Source: Basidiobolus meristosporus CBS 931.73 (Eukaryota; Fungi; Basidiobolomycota). From it: a DNA stretch of 51,043 nucleotides. A program made the position numbers and the translations under genes. Below are positions 9,730-21,258 of the stretch, one piece after another; within the stretch, counting starts at the first letter, position 1, and every line of letters begins with the position of its first letter. The stretch lies in the NCBI GenBank assembly GCA_002104905.1, contig MCFE01000635.1, forward strand, positions 1-51,043, read 5' to 3'. The notes below the pieces were generated by a model, which saw only the letters and a list, made by a program, of their open reading frames with translations, did not search any database and was not told the DNA's origin.

Positions 9730-9740
9730 TGGTAGCAGCG
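9730..9740 (+). promoter_or_regulatory. Gypsy PBS TGGTAGCAGCG (3' end of tRNAi-Met type)
   Basis: TGG 1 nt after the LTR; TGGTAGC is the Ty3-type initiator-Met PBS start. Confidence 0.8.
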
Positions 9741-9786
9741 ATAACCAGAAACCTCCCTCCTGAAGAAAGAAGAAACCACCCTCAAG

Positions 9787-12700
9787 ATGTCGGACAATCA
9801 AGAATGGAAGAATGCCATGCAGCAAATCCTGGCCCAACAGCAACAGCTACTCCAGATCCTCAGCCAACAGCAACAAGGAATGACTACCATGGCTCAGAGC
9901 CAGCAAAGCCCTGTCAAGAGCAACTTTAGTGTGAAGGTCAACCGGTACCATGGCAGAGTCAATGAAAACCTGGGAACTTGGCTCTTTCAGATTGAAGAAG
10001 CTTTTAAAGCTAAAGGAATTGCTCCAGAGAGCAAGTTGCATTATGCAGCTTCTTACCTGGCAGATGCAGCTTTACAGTGGTACCACAACAAGATCAGGTC
10101 AGCTACTATGATGGGATGCTCTACAATCTCTACCTGGGATGAGTTTGTGTCGGAAATTCAGGATGCTTTTGAACCTCCACACCAGCAGACACTACTAAGA
10201 AGGAAGTTAAAGACACTCAGACAGAAAGGAATGGTGCAAGAATACATCTATGAGTACAGATGTCTACTTGGACAAATTGAAAGAATGGACCCCTTGGATC
10301 AAGTTGAATACTTTATTGATGGGTTGAAAGAAAGAACTCGCAAGGAAGTCAATTACCGAAGACCTCAGACTATTGAAGAAGCCATCAAGATTGCCATTGA
10401 CTATGACTCAGCTATGTTTGGAGTTGGGAAGCCTACAGTGACTAGTCAGAAAGGCTATAATCATTATGAAAGAAGACAATCAGAAGCAGTACCAATGGAA
10501 ATAGACGCTATGCAGAAGAATCCCTCCTCAGAAGAATGCAAGAAGAGAGGACTTTGCTTCAATTGCCACCAGCAGGGACATATTGCAAAGTACTGCCCTC
10601 AGAGAAAAAATGGACACCAGCCAACAAGAACCTTCAACCATATTGAGTCCCATGAACACAGTAATGTGGAAGATGAGCTTGAAGAAGACTCGGAACTCAC
10701 CTTCCATATGACAGAAGAGTACTTGTCCCAAATGACTTCAAACTCAGGGAAGTTATTGTACCTGAATGGAGCAATCAATGGAGTACCTGCCAAGATCATG
10801 ATTGACTCAGGAGCATCGCATGAGTACATGTCAGAGCAATTTGCTTTGAAAGCTGGAATCAATTCGGAACCTACCAAATCAACTTCAGTCTCCACAGCTG
10901 ATGGGAACTCCCACATAATCAACCGTATTACCCAGCCAGTAAGAATGAAGATCAATGACTATGAAGAAGACCTACAGGCTTATATATTTGGGAACTGCAA
11001 GTTTGACCTTGTACTTGGGAAAACCTGGCTATTTTGTCGTAATCCATCAATCAACTGGAGAACCCATGCTACTCAGATCCAAAAAGACAACAAGACCTAT
11101 GAGCTATTACCTGCCAGGCTGGATTTCAACTTGGTCAATTCCAGTGTGTGTGAGACAAGTGAACTTAGCAAGACCCAGTTCTGTAGAGCACTTAGAAAAG
11201 GTACCCAGATGTTCCTCATGGCGGTATTACAGGAGGATTCCTCTATCCCAGCACCCCAGCAGGTCCAGACTCTCTTGAAGAAATATTCAGACGTGTTTCC
11301 AGATGAGCTTGTAAGCCTACCACCAGTCAGAGACGTGGATCATGCCATTGACACAGGAGATAGCCCTCCAGTGAGCAAGACACCTTACAGAATGAGTCCA
11401 TTGGAATTGGAGGAAATGAAGAAACAAATTGATCAGCTATTGGAGCAAGGATACATCAGGCCCAGCAAGTCACCTTGGGGAGCACCAGTGCTTTTTGTGA
11501 AAAAGAAGGATGGAACACTTAGGATGTGCATTGACTACAGAGCCCTGAACTCAGTTACCGTCAAGAATAAGTACCCCATACCTCGGATTGATGAGCTTTT
11601 GGACCAACTTAATGGAGCCACTATTTTCAGCAAGATCGACCTCATGTCAGGATACAACCAGATTAGGGTGAAACCAGAAGATATCCCTAAGACAGCATTC
11701 AGGACCAGATATGGACATTACGAGTACTTAGTCATGAGTTTTGGCCTCACTAATGCCCCTGCAACATTCATGACGCTGATGCAGACTGTCTTTCAGGAGT
11801 ACTTAGACAAGTTTGTGATAATCTACCTGGATGACATATTGATATACAGCAAGACAGAAAAGGATCACATGGTGCACATTGAAAAGGTCTTGAAGAAACT
11901 AAGAGAGAACAAGCTATACGGCAAGCTAGCCAAGTGTGAATTCTTCAAGGAACACGTAGAATATCTGGGACACATAGTGACTAGCACAGGAGTAACCTTA
12001 GACCCCAAGAAGGTGGAAGTAATCAAGAATTTGAAGCAGCCCCATAGCATATCAGAACTCAGATCCTTCCTTGGGATGGTTTCCTATTATCGGAGATTTG
12101 TCAAGTCATTTGCAAGTATTGCAGCCCCTTTAACTGATATCCTCAAGAAAGACAATACCTACAAGTGGGACATAGCTTGTGAGACTGCCTTCCAGACACT
12201 AAAGAATGAACTTGCTAAGCTGCCAAGCTTAAGAATACCTGACTTCAGAAAAGAGTTCACTCTGTGCACAGATGCTTCAGATTATGCAATTGGTGGAGTG
12301 CTGAGCCAAGAACACGAGGGAAAGGACTACCCTGTTGCCTTTGAATCCAAGAAACTGAACTCAGCAGAACAAAACTATCCAGTTCATGAGAAGGAGATGC
12401 TTGCTATAATACACTGTTTGAAGACATGGAGATGCTATATTGAAGGAGTCAAATGCACTGTGAAGACTGATCATGCCTCCCTCAAGTATATATTTACTCA
12501 GAAGGTACTCTCTAGAAGAATGACAAGATGGAGTGAGTACATTCAGCAATTTGACCTGGAGATTGTCTACTGTCCTGGAAAAAACAACACGGTTGCTGAT
12601 GCCTTATCAAGATTAGATCAAGTTGCACAACTCAACTTGGTGCATGAATCAGATTGGCCTAGCCTATTACCAAAGTACTTGGAGGACCAAGCCATTCCTA

Positions 12701-13920
12701 ATGAGGTGGATGAAGATATCAAGAAGATAATCCGTGATGAGGCCAGCAAATTTGTTGTACAGAATGAAACACTCTACCAAATTGTTGATGGAAGCCCTAT
12801 TGCCTATTGTCCTTATGTTGCTCGCCTGGATTTAATACATAAGCTACACAATGGATATGGACATCTTGGGATTGAAGGAACCTATAGCCTTGTAAAAGCC
12901 AGAGCATGGTGGCCCAGAATGAAACAAGACATTGAGAAGCTAGTAAAAACATGCCCAAACTGCCAAATCAATCAAGGCCAGCCACAAAGAATTGCCGAAC
13001 TCTTCCCTTTGGAGCCTGTAAGACCATTTGAGAGATGGGGAATTGACTTTATTGGAAGACTGCCAACTACCAGGAAATGCAACCGTTGGATCCTAGTAGC
13101 AATTGACCATGCCACTAAATGGCCAGTTGCTAAAGCTGTACCAATAGCCAGTGAACAAGAAGTTGCAAGTTTCATTTACCATGAGATCCTGATGAAGTTT
13201 GGATGCCCTGTGGAGATCTTATCCGATAGAGGTGCAAACTTTATGGCAAAGACATTAGAGGCTTACCTGGAAATGCAGCAGATCAGACACTTGAAAACCT
13301 CGGCATATCACCCCAGAACTAATGGAGTCACTGAGCGGTTTAATGGATTATTTGGAAAAATGCTGACCAAGTATGCAAATGGAGTTGTCAGTAGATGGGA
13401 TGAGTATATAGACCAAGCACTCTTTGCATGCAGAGTCAGAGTACACAACACCACCCAGCAATCACCATTTTACTTAGTTTATGGATGTGAACCAAGGATT
13501 CCAGGAGATCTCACACAACCAAAGCTTACAGACACCTTAGAAGATGAACTCAGTCAGCCAAGTAGACACCAGCAACTGGAACAAAGACGTCAAGAGGCAC
13601 AGACCAAAGTATCTCAAAGTGCAGAAAAGATGAAGCAGAGATTTGATAAGACTATAGCACCAGAAGCATTGACAGTTGGGAACTTTGTATTGCTAAGAAA
13701 CAACACTCGGAAGAAGTTTGAGCCACAATGGACAGGACCATTCAAGATCATCAGAGAATGTCCATTTGCAACTTACCAACTGGTGGACAAGCAAGGTAAT
13801 ATCCGGGAAGACTTAGTGCATAGGGACAGACTCAAGCTTGCAAGACTTGCTGATAATACTGAACCATCAAGATATTGGTATCACAAGAAAAGAGATTCAG
13901 GAGAACCCTCTCAACTTTAG
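9787..13920 (+). CDS. gag-pol: Gag-Pol polyprotein, 1377 aa, single ORF (capsid, CCHC knuckle, PR, RT, RNase H, IN with GPY/F; no chromodomain)
   Basis: [14 protein letters not shown]; MIDSGAS; [11 protein letters not shown] and YLDDILI; [12 protein letters not shown]; H..GH...CPNC, IDFIG, SDRG, ERFN; WTGPFKI. Confidence 0.97.
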   Translation: MSDNQEWKNAMQQILAQQQQLLQILSQQQQGMTTMAQSQQSPVKSNFSVKVNRYHGRVNENLGTWLFQIEEAFKAKGIAPESKLHYAASYLADAALQWYHNKIRSATMMGCSTISTWDEFVSEIQDAFEPPHQQTLLRRKLKTLRQKGMVQEYIYEYRCLLGQIERMDPLDQVEYFIDGLKERTRKEVNYRRPQTIEEAIKIAIDYDSAMFGVGKPTVTSQKGYNHYERRQSEAVPMEIDAMQKNPSSEECKKRGLCFNCHQQGHIAKYCPQRKNGHQPTRTFNHIESHEHSNVEDELEEDSELTFHMTEEYLSQMTSNSGKLLYLNGAINGVPAKIMIDSGASHEYMSEQFALKAGINSEPTKSTSVSTADGNSHIINRITQPVRMKINDYEEDLQAYIFGNCKFDLVLGKTWLFCRNPSINWRTHATQIQKDNKTYELLPARLDFNLVNSSVCETSELSKTQFCRALRKGTQMFLMAVLQEDSSIPAPQQVQTLLKKYSDVFPDELVSLPPVRDVDHAIDTGDSPPVSKTPYRMSPLELEEMKKQIDQLLEQGYIRPSKSPWGAPVLFVKKKDGTLRMCIDYRALNSVTVKNKYPIPRIDELLDQLNGATIFSKIDLMSGYNQIRVKPEDIPKTAFRTRYGHYEYLVMSFGLTNAPATFMTLMQTVFQEYLDKFVIIYLDDILIYSKTEKDHMVHIEKVLKKLRENKLYGKLAKCEFFKEHVEYLGHIVTSTGVTLDPKKVEVIKNLKQPHSISELRSFLGMVSYYRRFVKSFASIAAPLTDILKKDNTYKWDIACETAFQTLKNELAKLPSLRIPDFRKEFTLCTDASDYAIGGVLSQEHEGKDYPVAFESKKLNSAEQNYPVHEKEMLAIIHCLKTWRCYIEGVKCTVKTDHASLKYIFTQKVLSRRMTRWSEYIQQFDLEIVYCPGKNNTVADALSRLDQVAQLNLVHESDWPSLLPKYLEDQAIPNEVDEDIKKIIRDEASKFVVQNETLYQIVDGSPIAYCPYVARLDLIHKLHNGYGHLGIEGTYSLVKARAWWPRMKQDIEKLVKTCPNCQINQGQPQRIAELFPLEPVRPFERWGIDFIGRLPTTRKCNRWILVAIDHATKWPVAKAVPIASEQEVASFIYHEILMKFGCPVEILSDRGANFMAKTLEAYLEMQQIRHLKTSAYHPRTNGVTERFNGLFGKMLTKYANGVVSRWDEYIDQALFACRVRVHNTTQQSPFYLVYGCEPRIPGDLTQPKLTDTLEDELSQPSRHQQLEQRRQEAQTKVSQSAEKMKQRFDKTIAPEALTVGNFVLLRNNTRKKFEPQWTGPFKIIRECPFATYQLVDKQGNIREDLVHRDRLKLARLADNTEPSRYWYHKKRDSGEPSQL

Positions 13921-13921
13921 T

Positions 13922-13930
13922 AGGGGAGAA
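13922..13930 (+). promoter_or_regulatory. Gypsy polypurine tract AGGGGAGAA
   Basis: Immediately 5' of the 3' LTR. Confidence 0.9.
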
Positions 13931-14298
13931 TGTTATGATCTGCCGCTTGAATGTTTAAGTTAGATCAGTTTTTAGTCAAATCAATTAGTATATGTTTAGG
14001 TTATCAGTATATCAGTATTATCTATGAAATCAGTAGCATTAGTCAGCAAATGAATCAGCAGATCCTTATCAGACAGAAAAAGATATATTAAGTAGGATCT
14101 TATTGGGTGATGATGATGCAATCAAATGAGTCATCAGCCACAACCTACATTAGGAAATACAATTAGTCAGCAATTGATCTGGCAAAATGTATATAAGGAG
14201 CTGCTGGAACCTCAATAAAAATCAGTTCAAGTTTTAGTGAATACAATACTAGCTAAACTCCCTATTCCTCTACAACTCTTATACCAAGACTTGTAACA
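13931..14298 (+). repeat. Gypsy 3' LTR
   Basis: Appears identical to 9361-9728. Confidence 0.97.
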
Positions 14299-16255
14299 AT
14301 ATCAGACCCAGCAAGTCACTGGAGGAGCACCAGTACCTTTTGTGAAGAAGAAGGATGGAACACTTAGGATGTGCATTGACTACAGACCCCTCAACTCAGT
14401 TACTGTGAAGAATATGTACCCCATACCTTGGATTCATGCACTTTTGTACCAACTCAATGGAGCCACTATTTTCAGCAAGATTGACCTCATGTCAGGATAC
14501 AACCAAATTAGGGTGAAACCAGAAGACATCCCTAGCACAGCATTCAGGACAAGATATGGACATTACAAGTAATTAGTCATGAGTTCTGGGCTCACCAATG
14601 CCCCTGCAACATTCATGACCCTGATGTATACTGTGTTCAAGGAGTACTCAGACAAGTTTGTGATAATCTAACTTGATGATATATTGATATACAGCCAGAC
14701 AGAAGAGGATCATTTGGTGGACATTGAAAAAGGCCTTGAAGAAGCTAAGAGAGAACAAGCATTATGGCAAGCTACCCAAGTGTGAATTCTTTGAGGAACA
14801 CATTAAATAACTGGGACACATAGTGAATAGAACAGGAGTAGCCGTAAACCCTAAGAAGGCTGAACGTATCAAGAATCTGAAGCAGCCCCATGGCATATCC
14901 AAGATTGGATCATTCCTTGTAATAGTTTCCTATTATTGGAGATTTGTCAAGTCCTTTGCAAGTATTGCAGCCCCATTAACTGATATCCTCAAGAGAGGCA
15001 ATACCTACAAGTGGGACATTGCTGGTGAGACTGCCTTCCAGACACTCAAGAATGAACATGCTAAGCCGCTTAGCTTAAAAATACCTGACTTCAGAAAAGA
15101 GCTTACTCCTGGCACAAATGCTTCAGATTATGCAATTCGTGAAGTGTTGAGCCAAGAACATGAGGGAAAGGACTACCCCATTGCCTTAGAATCCAGGAAA
15201 CTGAACTCAGCAAAACAAAACTATCCAGTGCATGAGAAGGAGATGATTGCTATAGTACACTGTTTGAAGACATGGAGATGCTATATTGAAAGAGTCAAAT
15301 GCACCATGAAGACTGATCATGCATCCCTCAAGTATGTATTTACTCGGAAGGTACTCTCTAGAAGAATGACAAGATGTAGTGGATACATTCAGCAATTTGA
15401 CTTGGAGATTGTCTACTGCCCTGGAAAAAACAACACGGTTGCTGATGCCTTATCAAGATTAGAACAAGTTGCACAACTCAACTTGGTGTATGAATCAAAT
15501 TGGCCTAGCCTATTACCAAAGTACTTGGAGGACCAAGCCATTCCTAATGAAAAGGATGAAGATATCAAGAAGTTGATCCAGGATAAAGGCAGCAAATTTG
15601 TAGTACAGGATGAAACACTCTACCAAATTGTTGATGGAAGCCCTATTGCTTATTGCCTGTATGTTTCTTGCCTGGATTAAACACATAAGCTACACAATGG
15701 ATATGGACATCTTGGAATTGAAAGAACCTATAGCCTTGTAAAAGCCAGCGCATGGTGACCCAGAATAAAACTTGACATTAAGAAGCTAGTGAAAAATACC
15801 CAAATTGCCAAATCAACCAAGGCCAACTGCAGAGAATTGCTGAACTCTTTCCCTTGAAGCCTGTAAGGCCATATGAAAGATGGGGAATTGACTTTATTGG
15901 AAGACTGCCAACTACCAGGAAATGCAACCATTGGATCCTAGTAGCAATTGTCAACGCCACTAAATGGCCAGTGGCTAAAGCTGTACCTATAGCCAGTGAA
16001 CAAGAAGTTGCAAGTTTCATCTACCAGGAAATCCTTATGATGTTTGGATGCCCTGTAGAGATTCTATCCAATAGACAATCATATTAGTCATCAGCCACAG
16101 CCTACATTAGGAAACACAATTAGTCAGCAATTGATCTGGCAAAATATATACAAGGAACTGCTGGAATTTCAATAAAGATCAGTTCAAGTTTTAGTGAATA
16201 CAATACTAGCTAAACTCCCAATTCCTCTATAACTTATATACCAAGACTTGTAACA

Positions 16256-19120
16256 GCAAACGGAATTTTGCTGGGCTCATGCAGTGTACTATTGTTAGGG
16301 GTGATAGGCTCACAATCCATCAGTGGGCCTTCTCCTTCAGAGCTATAACTCTGCATACCATACTCAACATGCTGAGGTGCACTCAATGTGTCATAAATAC
16401 ACCTGACTCAGTCAGGGCAAGGTGACCTGTATAACTAGGTGCCAATATAGAAGTATCAAGAGGCTTGCAAGATATTGTTGGTACACTTGTGACTGATGAA
16501 TGGTAATATTGGTCTTGTGTGGCAAAACACATGCTGTGATCATTGTATTACTTCCTATGCTGTATGTGTGCTTTATGGCTGAGAAACCTGTTACAATAGC
16601 CACATGATCTTTTTTTGCTTCTCTTATGACATTGATTCAAAGTGGTGATCATGATGGGGCAAACAGTCTGGCATTCAGCAATGAAATACTATTATGTCAC
16701 TTTTTGTCAATACTCATATAACATAAGACAGTTCTGTAAATGCAACATTGTACCTACATAAATGTAGGATCAAATTATGCTCCCCATAGTAAGAATATAA
16801 ATAAAGTTGCACCACTACAAACACAGGTTTAGGTAGTACTATTTCCCCTTTGGTTTGACTTACTTCAGTATATATTCTGCCAAAAATAAAGCGAAGTTGT
16901 CTGGTTCCCAATTAAACCCTACTGTTGATTGTTGCAGAAGAACAGTTGGACAACTGCTTGCTTTGGCATTCCTTTCAATAGACAAGACTATACCCAAAAA
17001 AGGCCATGTTTGCAGTGTGCCCTCCAAAGGTAAAAATGCAGACTTCTCAGGTTATCAGTCAAGTAGGCAAATGAGAATCTCTGCAGCACCACAAGCTGAC
17101 CATTATGCACATACATACAAAAATGCAGCAATTGGAGTACCCTTGGCTGAAGACCACCAAGTGGCTGCAATAATTTCACCACCACCCATATTAGTAAGTT
17201 TGTTGTCAGCTCAGGCCAAAGCATTAATGAGGCAATTAGGTGCAGTGGCTGATAACATAGATGCAATAGCCTAGAGAAACAAGCAAATAGTCTTAAACAG
17301 GATGAGTGTACAATACATGTAGAGCAGTCAATATCTCAGGCAGAGAACACAGTACATTGGCTACAATGAAGCAACTCAAATAGCTCACTGCTACAGCCAA
17401 GAGTTAAGCCATTTCCCAATGTAACAGCGGAGAAGTACAGCACAATCTTTGGAGCTCAACAATAGTGCCAAAAGATGGAACTCCCAAACAACCTATCACA
17501 ACACGGGAAGGTGAGACTGTAATATGAATACCAGAACATAAAAATCAAAAGTCATTGGAGATCCATGAAGCCATAGAGTGCCACACTGCCAAGTGGCCTA
17601 AAATTTCAGAGGCCACATGTAGGGCTAGCCTGACATCTTCTTCAGGTCAGCATACCATAGAATCATCAGGAACCCAAGGCCAAACATAATGTGCATGAGC
17701 TACTCTATAAGCATTATCCTGGATTCAAGCAAGCAAACAGATCTTGTGCTACCACTGGTATGCTAAGAGAGTATCTCAAGAATAGCAGAAGCAATCAAAG
17801 AAAGAGGAACAAGGATGCTACAGCTCAAAACTGGTGGCCTTCTCAAGAGCTTGTCACAGGCAAGGCTGAAGTTCCCAACAAGTGGCAGTGAAATGTCAGG
17901 TTGCCAGGAGAGTGCTAGCAAGGGACAAGCTGGCAAAAACAAATGCACTGGTGCAGCATGCATCAAGGAGAAAACAAAGTGCAATACAAGTTGCACTCAG
18001 CCAAAGTAGCAGTGCAAGACTTGGCAGAAATAAAGGTTAAGGTAAAGAGAAAGACTCTACCCAAGCCAGAGGCAGGGAAGCATGAGAAAAAAGCTGCAAT
18101 CTTCACCTATTGATGCCACCAGCCTAGACCAGGGTGACTCCCATTGTAGGTAAGAAGAATTGCAAACAAAGCATAATCTGTGTTTTCAAGAGTTGGAAGT
18201 GAAGCTACTTGAGCTCTACTCCAGTAACGTAGATGAGTTTGCAGACAAAGGTAACTTGTCTAACATAGCCTCTATGTACTCCATTGTAGACAGAGTGGAG
18301 ATTTAGCTGACACACTAAGCAAAGTCATTTAAAACTCAAAAGACTATCAAAATGCCTATAGTGGAATTTAGTACATTGATATACATACCAAGGGGTTGCA
18401 GTGCTAAATATCAGCTTATGCACGTAAATATTTCACAAATGTATGAACTAAACCTCATGGTTGCTAATCCTATATTTATAAACAAAAAAAATTCAAACTT
18501 GTCTTAAATGTATCTTTTTTTTTAATTTAAATTGGAGCTAAAAACCAACTTACAGTGCTGGCTGAAGACCATGATATATGGGAACCAGTGAATGCACAGT
18601 GGCATAAAGCTGCAGGGTTCCCACTAAAGTCATAGGAGGAGTGCATCACAGCAGAAGTACTTATTGAATAGTGAAATTTAATGGAGTTATTTGATGAGTA
18701 TTGAGTTAGGCTTAATGTTAGTGGTGGGTACCTGTGCTTGTATAGGTCAATTTAATTTGCAATTGAGGTGCAGCTGAAGTTTCAGCAGAAATCAAACAGT
18801 TTGTATGCATGAGAAGTAAGACAATTGGTTGAGTTGGGAAGTATGGAGTATGAAAAGGGGTAACAATCAATCAATATGCACAATATAGGAGGTGCATGAG
18901 TGTCTGGTATCAGAAAGTGAGAGAATTGGCAGCAGACCAGTCAAAAGCCACTTACGTATTGTTGTGATGAGAAACTTTCACTAAGCTTTTTGTGAAATCT
19001 GGGGTGAGATTTTTTTCAGTGATCTTTTCACAGTGTCCTGATGGGATCATTTCCTCTTTGTTACATGACTTTAATTTTGTAATGGCCATGTGATGGGATC
19101 ATCACAATTTCTTCTCATTG
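16256..19120 (+). mobile_element. Decayed CACTA element, orphan-ORF arm (inverted paralog of ~23780-26130)
   Basis: Colinear reverse-complement homology, e.g. 16290-16340 with 26040-26100, 16880-17080 with 25430-25630, 18550-18620 with 24260-24330, 18900-19050 with 23840-23990. Confidence 0.7.
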
Positions 19121-19551
19121 CACTTGCTGATCCACACTTATATCCTTTTCTGGTCCTGCCTTGACAAACTCTACTCTCCTGTCTTGTGTCTGTTCATAAC
19201 AGTTTATTCAGCCTGCTCCTGACTTACCCATGAAATACTGCCTTCTACCCAAGGTTCTTGAGTAGAAATTGCAAGGGAATACCTACTATAAGTACACCCT
19301 GAGTCTTTCCCTAGTCCTGTCCCATAAAGGCAAAGATAAAGCATCTTTGCCAAATATTGGCCAAGGCTGCATTGACTTTATTACCCAGCTGGTGTATCTT
19401 ACACTGTTACACTGTTGGAAGCTTTAGTACAAAACTCCATCAAAGATGTCAGAGCCAATACCATCTAAAGTGACACTAACCTATCCAAAGCTGGGATTTT
19501 GGCTCAATTATTGTACTCATGACAAACCAATGGCTTCACAACCCACATATT

Positions 19552-20524
19552 AGATTTGTTCTGTTGGATAGGGCCACATTGAGCCATGAGTGCCAAGTGG
19601 TGCCATATTGTGCCAAGGAGGCCAGTTGAGCCTATACTTGGCCACAGAGTGTGAAACATACCTCTGCATCTTCATACAAAGTGGCCCCTGTGTTTCACCC
19701 ACTGTGCCAGACAAAATCCACTTTTTGACTTTTTTTGAATCAATGTTATGCATGATGTATAAGAGCACAAAAAGGACTTGTTCCATCATTCCAGCTGATC
19801 ATGGTGCCCAATAGTGCCATAGCATGCCAGATGGTGCCTGGTCATGCCACAGAGTGCCAGATGGTGTCATATAGTGCCAATTTAGGATCAAAATTGACAT
19901 GCATATGACCCTGAATATCAAATTAATAACAAAATATACAGCACTTTTTGGCACTATGATCAATGGCACAATGGAACAAGTCTAAAGATTAAAGATATGC
20001 ATTGGGTACTCAGTACCCATAGCACTCTGAATCTAGCTCCTGTGGCTTGTATCATGTCACAAAAATGCATGGCACTCTCTTAGTCCACTGGTACCATCAG
20101 GCTCTATATTTAAACATTAGCCCTTAAGTAAAACTATACTTAAATATTAGCCCTAAAGTAAGACCTATATAAAGCACTTATAGTGCCAGATAGTACCAGT
20201 GGACTAAGATAGTGCCACGCGTTTTTGTGACATTATACAAGCCACAGGAGCTAGATTCAGAGTGCCATGGGTATTGAGCATCAGATGCATGTCTTCAGTC
20301 CTTCTGTGCTCTCACACATTCAGAACAATTTTGATCCAAAAAAAAGGTCAAAAAATGGATTTTCTCCAGCACAATGTGTGAAACCCAAGGGCTGCTTTGC
20401 ATGAAGATGAAGAGTCATGTTTCACACTCTGTGACCAAGTTTAGGTCTGCTATACCATTCTGGCACGCAATGGCACTATTTGGCACCAACGGCTCAATAT
20501 GGTACTATCTAACAGAACAAGTTT
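19552..20524. mobile_element. AGACTTGTTC-family palindromic MITE, TSD ATT
   Basis: ATT|AGATTTGTTCTGTTGG ... AACAGAACAAGTTT|ATT (19549-19551, 20525-20527); arms homologous to 6094-6827. Confidence 0.85.
19774..19983. mobile_element. 210-bp mini-MITE nested in the larger MITE, 3-bp TSD AAA
   Basis: AAA|GGACTTGTTCCAT...ATGGAACAAGTCT|AAA; removing it plus 3 bp restores the length of the uninterrupted arm at ~6305-6330. Confidence 0.75.
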
Positions 20525-20591
20525 ATTGGCTGAAAATATACAGTATTCCTAAATAAGTCCAGGAGACTTCTCTGCCTCCTACTACCCTGTA

Positions 20592-21232
20592 ATGTCCGCC
20601 CCTGAGTACAACCTTGCAGGCCTTATGGTTGCCTTTTCCAAGCTTCAACAGAACTTTGCAGACCTCAGAAATCTCATTGCTTAACCTCAAAGTCAAAATT
20701 CCCAACAGCCTATCCAAACTCTTTCCAAACACAATCCCAGATTACTCCCACTACCAAGCTCAGTGGCTCCTGGAATGAATCCCAAGGCTTCATCAATATA
20801 TTGAAACACCACTTGTTGCTGCAACCCAATTGGTCCCCGACAGATCAACCAGAAGTTGTAATATCTCCAACCTGCCAACTGTAACTACCTAGAAAAGGTT
20901 TTTCCCTTTGGTGAATCCAACTACCTTCTACTAAGTAACTACCATGCCTTCCACACAGGAGCAAAGTAGACACTTGGCAACATTGACTAAGCCAGCCCTG
21001 CTGCTAACAAGATCAAGAACTTGAAGCAAGGAAACAGACCTGTATCTGTGTATGCACTGAATACAGGCTACTATCCTGTGATTTAAGCCTATGGGATGAT
21101 GCTGCCCTAGTTAGCCAGTTGCAGGATGGACTCAATGATGAAGTCAGTGACCCACTACTCACACTCCCTGACCCAACTACTTTGTGTGAAGCTATACATT
21201 AAGCAGTCTATTGTAACAATTGGCTTTTCAGA
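20592..21232 (+). pseudogene. Ty3/Gypsy gag (retrotransposon-gag, Sushi-like), decayed
   Basis: Across frameshifts: AANKIKNLKQGNRPVSVYA..YRLLSCDLSLWDDAALVSQLQDGLNDEVSDPLL..PTTLCEAI matches the LxQGxxSVxxY...W...L...GL...VKD pattern. Confidence 0.7.
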
Positions 21233-21258
21233 ATAAGTAAAAATCCAAACATACTTAT

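Larger units (their letters stand above)
9361..14298 (+). mobile_element. Young, intact Ty3/Gypsy LTR retrotransposon, 4-bp TSD ATAT
   Basis: Two 368-bp LTRs with no difference seen by eye, PBS, PPT, single long ORF; flanks GGATAT-AT|TGT and ACA|ATAT-CAGACC rebuild the host RT codons GYIRP. Confidence 0.97.
8119..16255 (+). mobile_element. Old, decayed Ty3/Gypsy (host of the nested young copy)
   Basis: 5' LTR 8119-8360, decayed PBS TTGATAGCAGC, gag/PR/RT with stops and a ~0.7-kb deletion at ~8850; RT-RH-IN remnants 14299-16075; truncated 3' LTR ~16085-16255. Confidence 0.9.
19200..20560 (+). repeat. Diverged relative of the 3' half of the 1073-bp LTR, interrupted by a MITE
   Basis: AGGCAAAGATA, TATTGGCCAAGGCTGCATT and TTGGAAGCTTTAGTACA shared with 28935-29045; homology resumes after 20527 (CAGTATTCCTA). 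Confidence 0.55.

Noticed and set aside
9820-9900. Poly-Gln-rich Gag N-terminus as a prion-like novelty
   Set aside because: Short Q-rich coiled-coil leaders are common in retrotransposon Gag; nothing further supports it.
13700-13920. Chromodomain or env in the young Gypsy
   Set aside because: Only ~55 aa follow the GPF motif, with no chromo aromatic cage, and the PPT follows the stop immediately.
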